A stretch of DNA of 64,000 nt, from contig NC_092675.1 in assembly GCF_964355755.1 (NCBI RefSeq), forward strand, positions 19,750,912 through 19,814,911, given 5' to 3'. Below are positions 11,076-24,655 of the stretch, in pieces (the stretch's first letter is position 1; each line of letters starts with the position of its first letter). This DNA comes from Antedon mediterranea. Its lineage: Eukaryota > Animalia > Echinodermata. Under the pieces are notes generated by a model. That model saw only the letters and a list, made by a program, of their open reading frames with translations, was not told the origin of the DNA and searched no databases. The position numbers were made by a program, and so were the translations under genes.

Positions 11076-14000
11076 CAGATAATTGATTGAGTCATGTTTA
11101 AGAAAATATAATTGGAAAAGTAATGTTATTTTCTTGCATATAACATTGAATAGTATAATACTGTATTCATATTTATCTCATAGCTCATCAGCCTCCCATT
11201 GGCGCGCCATACCAAATTTAAACTAGAAAGCCACTCCGAGTCCTACTGTAACAATTCTCATACATATATATATTTGTGTGTGTCTTAATGCTGTTTGTGA
11301 TTTAGGCTAGTTTCACTACAAGCATGTGTATGCGAGTTTGGTGTTATTCATTTTGGTAAAGATCTTTTAATTACTTTTTGAGTAATCCTGCTAACAAACA
11401 AACAAACAGACAAATGAAAGCACTCAGAAACTGAGTGAAGTACTTGGCAAAATATATCCACTGACTTGGAGCATGATACATTTTTTTGCTTTAGGTATCA
11501 GCTTTACATGGTTATGTTTTAAAATTACAAATCACAAATTATAACCCTTGCCTCTTGTCCAAAAATGAGGTTTTTGGACAAGAGTAGTTCTCGAGAAAAT
11601 GCAATTTCAGTTTACGTGTTGCTTTAAGATTTCTCACAGGCTTTTGAAAATGGTCTCCTATCTTTTAACACTAGCCGGTCTGAAAATAATATCATTTGTG
11701 TTATTTGTGAAGTTATTAATACACCAATGTTGTTGATTTTCAATAAGCATGGTCTGAAAGTATATACCTATCTACACCTAAAAAATTAAGTAACGATAAC
11801 TTGAAAACTGTATCGCTATCGTGCTAACAAACAAACATATATACAAACAAAGTAAATACTATACTTGGCAAAATTTCGTTTTGCCAAGAAACAAACACAC
11901 GCGATCGATTACATAATACCTCCTTGGCGGAAGTAAATAATGTGTCTCAACCAACGAACACTATCGCTTTGTCATCAGAAGGGCATCAGTTGATGTGGAT
12001 AAAAATAAAAAAACACTACTTTTTATTGATAAACTAGCAGCTTAACTACAAAATGCTAATTGTTCACTTGGTAATGTTGTTAGCCGTTGTAAATGTATAG
12101 GCGTAATTAACAAGTACGTCCCTTTTCGGCATTCTATTATTGTTATTATTATTACTTGTATAGCGCACATTTATACAACATTTAATTATAATCAGCGGCG
12201 CTTCACATCAATTAGTATCGTAACATTGTTTGAAATATAGTGCTTTTAAATGTTTTTCAAACTGATTATAGTCGTCTAAGTGTTTAATGTGACTTGGTAA
12301 TCTGTTCCAAATTTTGGGTCCTGCTACGGCGAACGAACGGTCATCAAATGTCTTTCGTTTAGTTCGTGGGATTGTCAGGTTATAATTGCTGGTGCTTAAA
12401 TAGTGTTTCTGTGCATATGTAAATAAACCTGTTAAGACAGAAAACAGAAAATTATTGACAGAGCGTATGAATATGTATAATATTTTCTAATCGATTGTTC
12501 TTTAAATAGAGATAGATGTATTTTTTCTATTCGCAAGCATTACCTCTTTGAATAGATGAACGATCTATTGATTCTCATTAAAATAATAATTATATTGAAT
12601 TATATATAAACAAACCAATCGTAAAACAAAGTTAAATGGTAAGAGTGTAGTTTCATTGTTCTGTACACGAACATTTTTTTTAAATATTTATTACGATTGG
12701 GTTAAAATCCGTGTGAGGATTGATCGCTAAAATAATGTTTGAATTGGAATAAAATAGCATTACAACATTTCTTAGGAAATTTTTTATGAAATGTGTAGCG
12801 TACTTGCTTGGCGAATCCTTTGTCCATTAAATCATATAATAAGTTGTAATGTGTCCATAAAGTAATTATTCTACGTGCGTAAGCCTATCATGTGGTATGT
12901 ATAGCATGCGGCAAAAATACCATCGCCATCGTGCTCTCCACCACTACCACAGAGATCCATCATCCGGCCAGCGTCGCGTCCGTTTTGTAGAAACAACAAT
13001 AATTTGGTAGAGTACATTAATTATGGGGTGTTCACTATCTAAGAGTCTATTAAACACGTGCGTCACCCATCGTGTAGCCAAAACATTTATTTATTTATTT
13101 ACATCCCTAAATGTACAATCGCGTATTCTGTAATTTTACTCTGACTCTATTCAATTGTTGTTTGACGTTCAATACATTCACCATTCGGTTCAACACAAGA
13201 AACTCAAATTGCGAAAATAAAAGATCGCGAAATAGTTAAAAATGTAAAATCGCGAAAATTTAGGGCCGCGAAAATGTTGGACTTTACAATACTAAATTTA
13301 TTAGTATTTTAAACCAGATTTACAGTAAATACATTTATTTATTTATATTAGTTTTCTTATTGTTTGCTGAACAAAAGTAGAAAAATATAAATCAGGTTAA
13401 TGATTTAAAAAAAAAAACAAAAAAACAATGTTAACTTTTGAAAATAAAAGTATGTATGTATGTTGTCGTCGCGGATTGAAAGTTGTATCCGATATTGTCG
13501 AACCGGTTGGTGGCGTGCTTTGGTATGTAAATCTAATTTACATACCATGAGTCGGTTGTTATGATTGCGGTATGTGCGCATCCGAAGAAGACATTTTATT
13601 TTCACGAAAGAAAGATATAAACAATTTGGCTGCTTTCGTTGTAAGTAGATTGTTAATTATAATGCTAAACTGTATTGAAACTATTCTACCTTGTTCTGAA
13701 CAATTTGACACTAAAAATAATTTCATATGTACAGTACAATATTTTCAAAGTTATGCGATTTGAACAGTTTGAGCCATATTGTGTGTCTCTCAGATTAGTG
13801 GTTGCTAAGATATGATAAATCAAGGTCAAAGGTCAATAATGTTAGAATCCGCCATTTTTTGCAAAAACATGCCATGCATTAGACTGGATATAAAAGTGTA
13901 GTTTCTGGACAATTTAAGCCCTAATTATCTCCGATTAGTGGTTGCTGAGATATGATAAATCAAGGTCAAAGGTCAATAATGTTAGAAATAGCACTTCCAT

Positions 14001-16449
14001 TCATTTTTGGACAAACTTTTTCATTACAGTGAATATAAAAACATATATTCTAACGATTTTAACACCATAATTAAGTTTCTGTGACTAGCGGTTTCCAAGA
14101 TACATAGTACATTATTAAAAATGGCCGCCATTTTTAATTATGCAAATTAGGCTACTTTCCGTTGTCGAAAAATGTCCTAACGTTGATAAATGTGTTCAGT
14201 GAGGTCTAAAAAACATATTTCATAAAAAAAAAACTTTTCTTGCAATTTGTGTGAGTTAAAAGTCTAAATCCCATGGACTATTGGTGTTGTTGCATTGATA
14301 TAGGACAAATCCTAGTTGTATTGAATGATCTTACTCTAAGGTCCATTTACACTAGGACGATAACGATCGATGATAAATAGATAAACATGCATTTTTCATA
14401 CATAACCATCTATGCTTCTTTTGATGAAAATAATATTTGTACACGTCCAAAAAATGACGTCATGATAAATATGTTTATCAAATATCATCTGCAAAATGTA
14501 ACAACTTGTAACAACAAATTTCTGGAAAATCCCCTGTGAAATCTCGGGATAAAAACACACCAACAAAAGGCCTGTGTTTTTTAAATGTTCCGAGATCTTC
14601 CGAGTTTTTTTACTGCGCGCATGTATTGCTCTGGTATTAACTAACCAATCATAGTAATCAAATAGCGCCCAACTATCCTTCCCACGAGATTTTACAAGGT
14701 TCGCCGATGCGTGTGTGGAAACATGTAATAAGTCGGCAGATTACAAGTTGTTAGAAGCTGTAATAATTTACGCAGATGGAATAACTTACCCATCAACATA
14801 CATAAATCCACAGCGAAGAAAATCTTTTCCTATAATTTTAAACGCCATATTAGTTTAACTTATAAAATAATAAAGAAAAGTGAAAAATAAATACCTCTAC
14901 TCATTGTAATCGATCAACTGCCTCTGTTTGTATTTTGTGTTTCAGTATTTGTGTGTATGTTTCTGTTTGTTTTTGTTGTGTTACTGCATACAGTATATGT
15001 ATGAAACATAATGTATGAAAGAGCATTATTAATAATATCTACGGCTTGCCCAACACAAGTTTCTCTTGGGTTTTAGTCGCGTGCAACGCGACCCTACAGC
15101 TCACTATGTCGGTCGGTAGGTCGGTCGGTTGGTCGGTCGGTCGGTCAACACTAACTTGAGCACGCGACTGCAACCATGAATATGGCCGTGTTCCTTTTGA
15201 TTTTACTTTTTGGGACCTTGCCACTTTAAAAAATGAATACTATTTTTTTTTAAACACTTCTTTCTTTTCCTGTCTGTTTAATTTCATAAAATATTTGTAA
15301 ATTAAAAGAAATGTTCTTTTTTTATTGTTAGTTTGTTTTGAAAGAAATAAATGTTAACTTGACTTGACCTGAGATGTGAAAAGGGTATTAGACAGCATAG
15401 ATGGTTATCCTATAGTTCTAGCACAAAAACGTTTCTAATTTCTTTTGTTTTATCCAAGACAAAAGTAGGCCTATGTTTATCTTTTTATTGTCGATCATTA
15501 TCGCCCTAGTGTAAATGGGCCTTAAAGCTATATGTTATATTTTATCCATATCTTAGTTACTTAATTTACTTAATTGTTGGAATATGCTGATAATGATTTC
15601 ACTTTTCAGTAATAGTTTCAGTAGAAGTTGATTATAATCATTGAATATTATGCAATGATAGTGTTCATTACGAATGGTGATAATTATCGTAACATTTAAT
15701 GTCGATGTTTAAATGTATGATTGAACGAAGATAAGTAAATATAATTATTGTGGAAACTCATTTCGGCATACATCTAGGGCCGTGTTTCCGCAGCCAGAAA
15801 TTAATCGATAAAAATTAACCGATGAACTGGGGTTTAACCGATTCCACTCGAGAAAAATTAAGCGATAATCTATCATGCAAATCGGATAATTATCGGATAA
15901 ATGCGATACTTTTTAACCTTTGACCTGAGGACACATTTTTGTTTGGTAGTGACTGATCATGCGCACTTATTGGTAAACAATTTTATCGGATAATTTTGTT
16001 TTGGCTGCCGAAACACGGCCTAGTGGACATTACGCGCCGAAATCTGGGGTTTGAAACCATCCAGATTCTCAAACCGTACGTAATAAGAATGGATAAATGC
16101 GAACAAACAGAGTTTGTATTCGTGAAACGACTGTACCATCTACGAATTGTAAAAGAGGTACCAAATTAATTAAAACATACATTTACTAACGTTTACTAAG
16201 AACATAACATTTTATGAACAAAATATACTACTTTATTGTAGGCCTGTGTAAAAAAATGTCCCCACTCGTTAACCAAATAATTTCACTGGTACAGTAGTCA
16301 TGGATATTTGCAAACATATTTTTTATAACTGTATTTATGTGTTGTGTAGTTATGGTTACTTGTAATAAGCGGTTTTAATAATTGCAACTTTTTTATTAAC
16401 TACGAAAAACACATCAACGTTTATCATTTCGAAAGGCAAGACTGTAACA

Positions 16450-19400
16450 ATGCTGTTGCTTCTTGCTGTTGCCTTTGTTTATTTGATATCTGGCACGGAC
16501 ACTTGTAAGTTGTTTGTATATAATTAGAATAGATGGTAAATCATAAATTGTATGTTCCATTTTGTTAAACTTAGAAAAGGCCAGTTTTTTATTGCTTATT
16601 TAGCACCAACGTATTGGAATAATCTGGATACAACTACCGTGATTCGTTTAAATACTGTAAGCTCATTTAGAATGCATATGAAAACCTTTTATTTCTCTAG
16701 CTATCAAACCAATGACTACTAAATATGTTGCGCATTGTACATTTTAATTCATTTTATGCATTTTATGTGTTGTGTTAACGGCACCGATATGTTCTCTTAT
16801 CTGTGAGACAAGTTGTAATCTTGATCCCTAAAATGGTAAATTGTTGATTATTGTTAAAATATTGTTTGTAATGAAAAAAATGACCATTTTAAAATAAATG
16901 TTTATTGAAACTAAAACTATTGAAACTAAGTACCTTTTCATTTGTAACGTTTTCAATGTGCTTTGATTGTATAAAGTATACTTTTAGTATGATTACATTT
17001 AATGTGTATTAGGCCTACAACAGGATAGCCTTTCTGTTGGTTATAGGCCTACAATTTTGTAGCTAAGGATTATTAATATTATGTAATTTTCAGCATACTT
17101 GTCCTACAAAGCACAGGCGACTTCAACATCAGTGGTTTATTGGGATTATGCAAGCTTTGCAACTGATGGAATAGATTATACCAATTTCGACTGTTATCAT
17201 TCTAGTAAGATACTCAGTTAGTGCTACTTATCAGCAATAGCTTACTTACTAAACCAATAGTTATAATAGGGAACGTTCGATTACCGACGACCTCCCTATT
17301 TCAAGTAAATCCTGGACATTTGCATAGAAACCATCATAACTGTCGAGGGATTGCGCACAGTAAAGTCAATAAAACCAACTCATTACAATATTAGATACTC
17401 CGGACCCACATTATGATATAATCTACCTTCCTTCATTTTAGAATCCGCCTCCAAAAAGTATTTTTAAAACAAATGAACAATCATATCTTCTCTTATTATT
17501 AGCCTGTCATGTTCTGACCTGTACCTTTTCCATATTGTTTACTCATTTTTTTTTAAATGTATTTATTTTTTTAAGGCTCGCCGCCCATCTCAAGGTGTTT
17601 GTCTTCTTATTTCCGGGCATCTGCCTTCATTCTCTAACCTATTATCATTATATTATTTGCATTGTATTTTTCCTTTCTTTTTTTGTCAGAGTTTGTAAAT
17701 AAATGTTATGAAACGAAAAGCTTGAAAATAAACAAGACGTACTTTGTTGGTTGTCGGTCGCAAATCGAAAGCTTCCTGTACAAACTACGTATACATGTGT
17801 TAGTTAAATTGTAAGCTGTAATAATTGCATATCCAAAAACTGTCTTTTTATTTAAATTTAACCTATTGTAATTATAAACTCACAGGTTATCACTATCAAC
17901 CATGGATGAAAGTGGATCTTTCACAGGAACACAAAGTCACGAGTGTGACGATCATCAATATGGTTGACCAAGGTAACAGTACCACAATTATGTTTTGCAC
18001 AAAATGTGTAGCCTATAATATAATATCAAAATCGCTAAATTTAGGTTTATATTTGGTGAGTTTTGATTTATAAATAATTTATTTCACAAAGGACGTGTCT
18101 TTCATAAACGATTACAAGATGCTGAAGTACGAATTGGATCTGATTATTCTTACCCAAGCACATTGTGTGGATCCGTTACTGATGTCCAGACTAGCCCTAT
18201 CATCGACATCATCTGTAAAGTTCCAATCATTGGTCGTTACGTAATGGTATGGTTTTCATCAAAAACGCAGTATTTGAACTTTTGTGAAATAAAAGTCTAT
18301 GCGGAATATGAATATGTAACTGGTATGTCAGCCTAAAGTATCTTTCAAAACTTTATTTTAAATAGTATTAATGTTCAAAGTTACATAACAGTCTAACAAG
18401 CCACATTCTTATTGTATTCTAGTTACAGTAGGCCTATTGTAATTCAATTAAAGTTTTGAACCATGTAATAAACGCATTTACAAAAGTCATCTTAATCATA
18501 ATTGTGCCAGATATAAAATACAGGGTTCACATATTAACGATCTTCCATTACTTTCAGGTGATTTTCAGAGAATTCTGAATCCCATCACACTGTTTACTTT
18601 GAGTATGGCTTGTTTGTTGGAAAACTTCTACGGAAAGCTGCCAATACGACCATGTAACTATGGTAATAATGAGTGTGCAGGTGACACTTCAGAGTCGATT
18701 GAGGTTGCGACTTTAGACCCATACTCCAGCGGAATACAAACGTTGACAATCGCCTTCTATGTCTACCCGTACCAGAGTTCGATGGGCGATATTGTTGGAT
18801 TATTCGAAAAAGGAACCAGTCTACGAATACAACAAACGTATTCAAATGGCAATCTATATCAATCTGAGGTAACTGTATTCTATGGAAATCAGGAACTGAC
18901 TAGAGCTCATGTTCTATTGCCTGAAGTCTGGACATTTCTTACTCTGACTTTCGATGGAATCAATGAAAACGTCAAACTCTGGAGGAATGGAGAGATTGCA
19001 AGTATTGGTTATACACAACGTACGCATTTAGATTTCTATTTCAATGAGACAACAATCAAAATTGGACATGATGGCTCCGAGGCACAAGCTAACGTGGCGA
19101 TGTTTCAAATTTATGATAGAGTACTTGACGAATCCGAGATCAAAGCAGTACGAGATCGTTCTACTAATGGTAATAAATATAATACTTCTTAAATAATTAA
19201 ATATCAATACCTCTCATATCTCCACCGATAGTTAACTGATAGCACTGTTTTTGTTGATGTAAATCAGTGCAAACTTGGGCTTTTGAGCTCTAAGCTCCGA
19301 GTGATATTGTCTCTCTTTGTAATAATTTTTTTATAATTTCTATATTAAATTTCAGGTCAAGACGGTCTTTACGAGACCCTGTTAACATTAGCGGACTTTC

Positions 19401-19591
19401 AGGGCAAAATTCTACATACTGTATATTCTCGATCATTGGTTCATTGTGGTCAGATATGCAAATCAAAATGCTGTGACGTGTTCAAGTTTACAATGGCTAA
19501 TAACAGTTGCACCTTGTATTCAACTCAGCAACCTCACGAAACATTTGCAGTAATAAACGGCGAACATTACAGACATGTTAACGTAATCTAA
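16450..19591 (+). CDS. Secreted F-type lectin / LamG-like / PAN-like protein, copy 3
   Basis: Exons 16450-16504, 17094-17204, 17886-17972, 18092-18322, 18558-19169, 19356-19591. Same structure as copy 2 at offset 8516. Confidence 0.9.
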
Positions 19592-22500
19592 CAGATAATT
19601 GATTGAGTCATGTTTAAGAAAATATAATTGGAAAAGTAATGTTATTTTCTTGCATATAACATTGAATAGTATAATACTGTATTCATATTTATCTCATAGC
19701 TCATCAGCCTCCCATTGGCGCGCCATACCAAATTTAAACTAGAAAGCCACTCCGAGTCCTACTGTAACAATTCTCATACATATATATATTTGTGTGTGTC
19801 TTAATGCTGTTTGTGATTTAGGCTAGTTTCACTACAAGCATGTGTATGCGAGTTTGGTGTTATTCATTTTGGTAAAGATCTTTTAATTACTTTTTGAGTA
19901 ATCCTGCTAACAAACAAACAAACAGACAAATGAAAGCACTCAGAAACTGAGTGAAGTACTTGGCAAAATATATCCACTGACTTGGAGCATGATACATTTT
20001 TTTGCTTTAGGTATCAGCTTTACATGGTTATGTTTTAAAATTACAAATCACAAATTATAACCCTTGCCTCTTGTCCAAAAATGAGGTTTTTGGACAAGAG
20101 TAGTTCTCGAGAAAATGCAATTTCAGTTTACGTGTTGCTTTAAGATTTCTCACAGGCTTTTGAAAATGGTCTCCTATCTTTTAACACTAGCCGGTCTGAA
20201 AATAATATCATTTGTGTTATTTGTGAAGTTATTAATAGGCTACACCAATGTTGTTGATTTTCAATAAGCATTGTCTGAAAGTATATACCTATCTACACCT
20301 AAACAATTAAGTAACGATAACTTGAAAACTGTATCGCTATCGTGCTAACAAACAAACATATATACAAACAAAGTAAATACTATACTTGGCAAAATTTCGT
20401 TTTGCCAAGAAACAAACACACGCGATCGATTACATATACCTCCTTGGCGGAAGTAAATAATGTGTCTCAACCAACGAACAGTATCGCTTTGTCATCAGAA
20501 GGGCATCAGTTGATGTGGATAAAAATAAAAAAACACTACTTTTTATTGATAAACTAGCAGCTTAACTACAAAATGCTAATTGTTCACTTGGTAATGTTGT
20601 TAGCCGTTGTAAATGTATAGGCGTAATTAACAAGTACGTCCCTTTTCGACATTCGATTATTGTTATTATTATTACTTGTATAGCGCACATTTATACAACA
20701 TTTAATTATAATCAGCGGTGCTTCACATCAATTAGTATCGTAACATTGTTTGAAATATAGTGCTTTTAAATGTTTTTTAAACTGATTATAGTCGTCTAAG
20801 TGTTTAATGTGACTTGGTAATCTGTTCCAAATTTTGGGTCCTGCTACGACGAACGAACGGTCAGCAAATGTCTTTCGTTTAGTTCGTGGGATTGTCAGGT
20901 TATAATTGCTGGTGCTTAAATAGTGTTTCTGTGCATATGTAAATAAACCTGTTAAGACAGAAAACAGAAAATTATTGACAGAGCGTATGAATATGTATAA
21001 TATTTTCTAATCGATTGTTCTTTAAATAGAGATAGATGTATTTTTTCTATTCGCAAGCATAGACCTCTTTGAATAGAAGAACGATCTATTGATTCTCATT
21101 AAAATAATAATTATATTGAATTATATATAAACAAACCAATCGCAAGCGTCGCGTCCGTTTTGTAGAAACAACAATAATTTGGTAGAGTACATTAATTATG
21201 GGGTGTTCACTATCTAAGAGTCTATTAAACACGTGCGTCACCCATCGTGTAGCCAAAACATTTATTTATTTACATCCCTAAATGTACAATCGCGTATTCT
21301 GTAATTTTACTCTGACTCTATTCAATTGTTGTTTGACGTTCAATATATTCACCAATTATCGTTCAACAAATTACACAAGAAACTCAAATTGCGAAAATAA
21401 AAGATCGCGAAATAGTTAAAAATGTAAAATCGCGAAAATTTAGGGCCGCGAAAATGTTGGACTTTACAATACTAAATTTATTAGTATTTTAAACCAGATT
21501 TACAGTAAATATATTCATTTATTTATATTAGTTTTCTTATTGTTTGCTTAACACAAGTAGAAAAATATAAATCAGGTTAATGATTTAAAAAACAAAACAA
21601 AAAAACTTACTTTTGAAAATAAAAGCATGTATGTATGTTGTCGTCGCGGATCGAAAGTTGTATCCGATATTGTCGAACCGGTTGGTGGCGTGCTTTGGTA
21701 TGTAAATCTAATTTACATACCATGAGTCGGTTGTTATGATTGCGGTATGTGCGCATCCGAAGAAGACGTTTTATTTTCACGAAAGAAAGATATAAACAAT
21801 TTGGCTGCTTTCGTTGTAAGTAGATTGTTAATTATAATGCTAAACTGTATTGAAACTATTCTACCTTGTTCTGAACAATTTGATTCGATTTTATGTAGTG
21901 CAAAGTTCAAAGGTCAATAATGTTAGAATCGGCCATTTTTTTTGCAAAAACATGCCATTAGACTAAATATAAATATGTAGTTTCTGAACAGTTTGAGCCA
22001 TATTGTGTGTCTCTCAGATTAGTGGCTGCTAAGATATGATAAATCAAGGTCAAAGGTCAATAATGTTAGAATCCGCCATTTTTTTGCAAAAACATGCCAT
22101 TAGACTGGATATAAATGTGTAGTTTCTGAACAATTTAAGCCCTAATTATCTCCGATTAGTGGTTGCTGATATATGATAAATCAAGGTCAAAGGTCAATAA
22201 TGTTAGAAATAGCACTTCCATTCATTTTTGGACAAACTTTTTCATTACAGTGAATATAAAAACATATATTCTAACGATTTTAACACCATAATTAAGTATC
22301 TGTGACTAGCGGTTTCCAAGATACATAGTACATTATTAAAAATGGCCGCCGTTTCGAAAAATGTCCTAACGTTGATAAATGTGTTCAGTGAGGTCTAAAA
22401 AACATATTTCATAAAAAAAAATTTTTCTTGCAATTTGTGTGAGTTAAAAGTCTAAATCCCATGGACTATTGGTGTTGTTGCATTGATATAGGACAAATCC

Positions 22501-24655
22501 TAGTTGTATTGAATGATCTTACTCTAAGGTCCATTTACACTAGGACGATAACGATCGATAAATAGATAAACATGCATTTTTCATACATAACCATCTATGC
22601 TTCTTTTGATGAAAATAATATTTGTACACGTCCAAAAAATGACGTCATGATAAATATGTTTATCAAATATCATCTGCAAAATGTAACAACTTGTAACAAC
22701 AATTTTCTGGAAAATCCCCTGTGAAATCTCGGGATAAAAACACACCAACAAAAGGCCTGTGTTTTTTAAATGTTCCAAGATCTTCCGAGTTTTTTTACTG
22801 CGCGCATGTATTGCTCTGGTATTAACTAACCAATCATAGTAATCAAATAGCGCCCAACTATCCTTCCCACGAGATTTTACAAGGTTCGCCGATGCGTGTG
22901 TGGAAACATGTAATAAGTCGGCAGATTACAAGTTGTTAGAAGTTGTAATAATTTACGCAGATGGAATAACTTACCCATCAACATACATAAATCCACAACG
23001 AAGAAAATCTTTTCCTATAATTTTAAACGCCATATTAGTTTAACTTATAAAATAATAAAGAAAAGTGAAAAATAAATACCTCTACTCATTGTAATCGATC
23101 AACTGCCTCTGTTTGTATCTTGTGTTTCAGTATTTGTGTGTATGTTTCTGTTTGTTTTTGTTGTGTTACTGCATACAGTATGAAACAGTATGAAACAGTA
23201 TGAAACAGTATGAAACAGTATATGTATGAAACATAATGTATGAAAGAGCATTATTAATAATATCTACGGCTTGCCCAACACAAGTTTCTCTTGGGTTTTA
23301 GGCGCGTGCAACGCGACCCTACAGCTCACTATGTCGGTCGGTCGGTCGGTCGGTAAACACTAACTTGAGCACGCGACTGCAACCATGAATATGCCCGTGT
23401 TCCTTTTGATTTTACTTTTTGGGACCTTGCCACTTTAAAAAATGAATACCATTTTTTTTTAAACACTTCTTTCTTTTCCTGTCTGTTTAATTTCATAAAA
23501 TATTTGTAAATTAAAAGAAATGTTCTTTTTTTATTGTTAGTTTGTTTTGAAAGAAATAAATGTTAACTTGACTTGACCTGAGATGTGAAAAGGGTATTAG
23601 ACAGCATAGATGGTTATCCTATAGTTCTAGCACAAAAACGTTTCTAATTTCTTTTGTTTTATCCAAGACAAAAGTAGGCCTATGTTTATCTTTTTATTGT
23701 CGATCATTATCGCCCTAGTGTAAATGGGCCTTAAAGCTATATGTTATATTTTATCCATATAGTTACTTAATTTACTTAATTGTTGGAATATGCTGATAAT
23801 GATTTCACTTTTCAGTAATAGTTTCAGTAGAAGTTGATTATAATCATTGAATATTATGCAATGATAGTGTTCATTACGAATGGTGATAATTATCGTAACA
23901 TTTAATGTCGATGTTTAAATGTATGATTGAACGAAGATAAGTAAATATAATTATTGTGGAAACTCATTTCGGCATACATCTAGGGCCGTGTTTCCGCAGC
24001 CAGAAATTAATCGATAAAAATTAACCGATGAACTGGGGTTTAACCGATTCCACTCGAGAAAAATTAAGCGATAATCTATCATGCAAATCGGATAATTATC
24101 GGATAAATGCGATACTTTTTAACCTTTGACCTGAGGACACATTTTTGTTTGGTAGTGACTGATCATGCGCACTTATTGGTAAACAATTTTATCGGATAAT
24201 TTTGTTTTGGCTGCCGAAACACGGCCTAGTGGACATTACGCGCCGAAATCTGGGGTTTGAAACCATCCAGATTCTCAAACCGTACGTAATAAGAATGGAT
24301 AAATGCGAACAAACAGAGTTTGTATTCGTGAAACGACTGTACCATCTACGAATTGTAAAAGAGGTACCAAATTAATTAAAACATACATTTACTAACGTTT
24401 ACTAAGAACATAACATTTTATGAACAAAATATACTACTTTATTGTAGGCCTGTGTAAAAAAATGTCCCCACTCGTTAACCACATAATTTCACTGGTACAG
24501 TAGTCATGGATATTTGCAAACATATTTTTTATAACTGTATTTATGTGTTGTGTAGTTATGGTTACTTGTAATAAGCGGTTTTAATAATTGCAACTTTTTT
24601 ATTAACTACGAAAAACACATCAACGTTTATCATTTCGAAAGGCAAGACTGTAACA

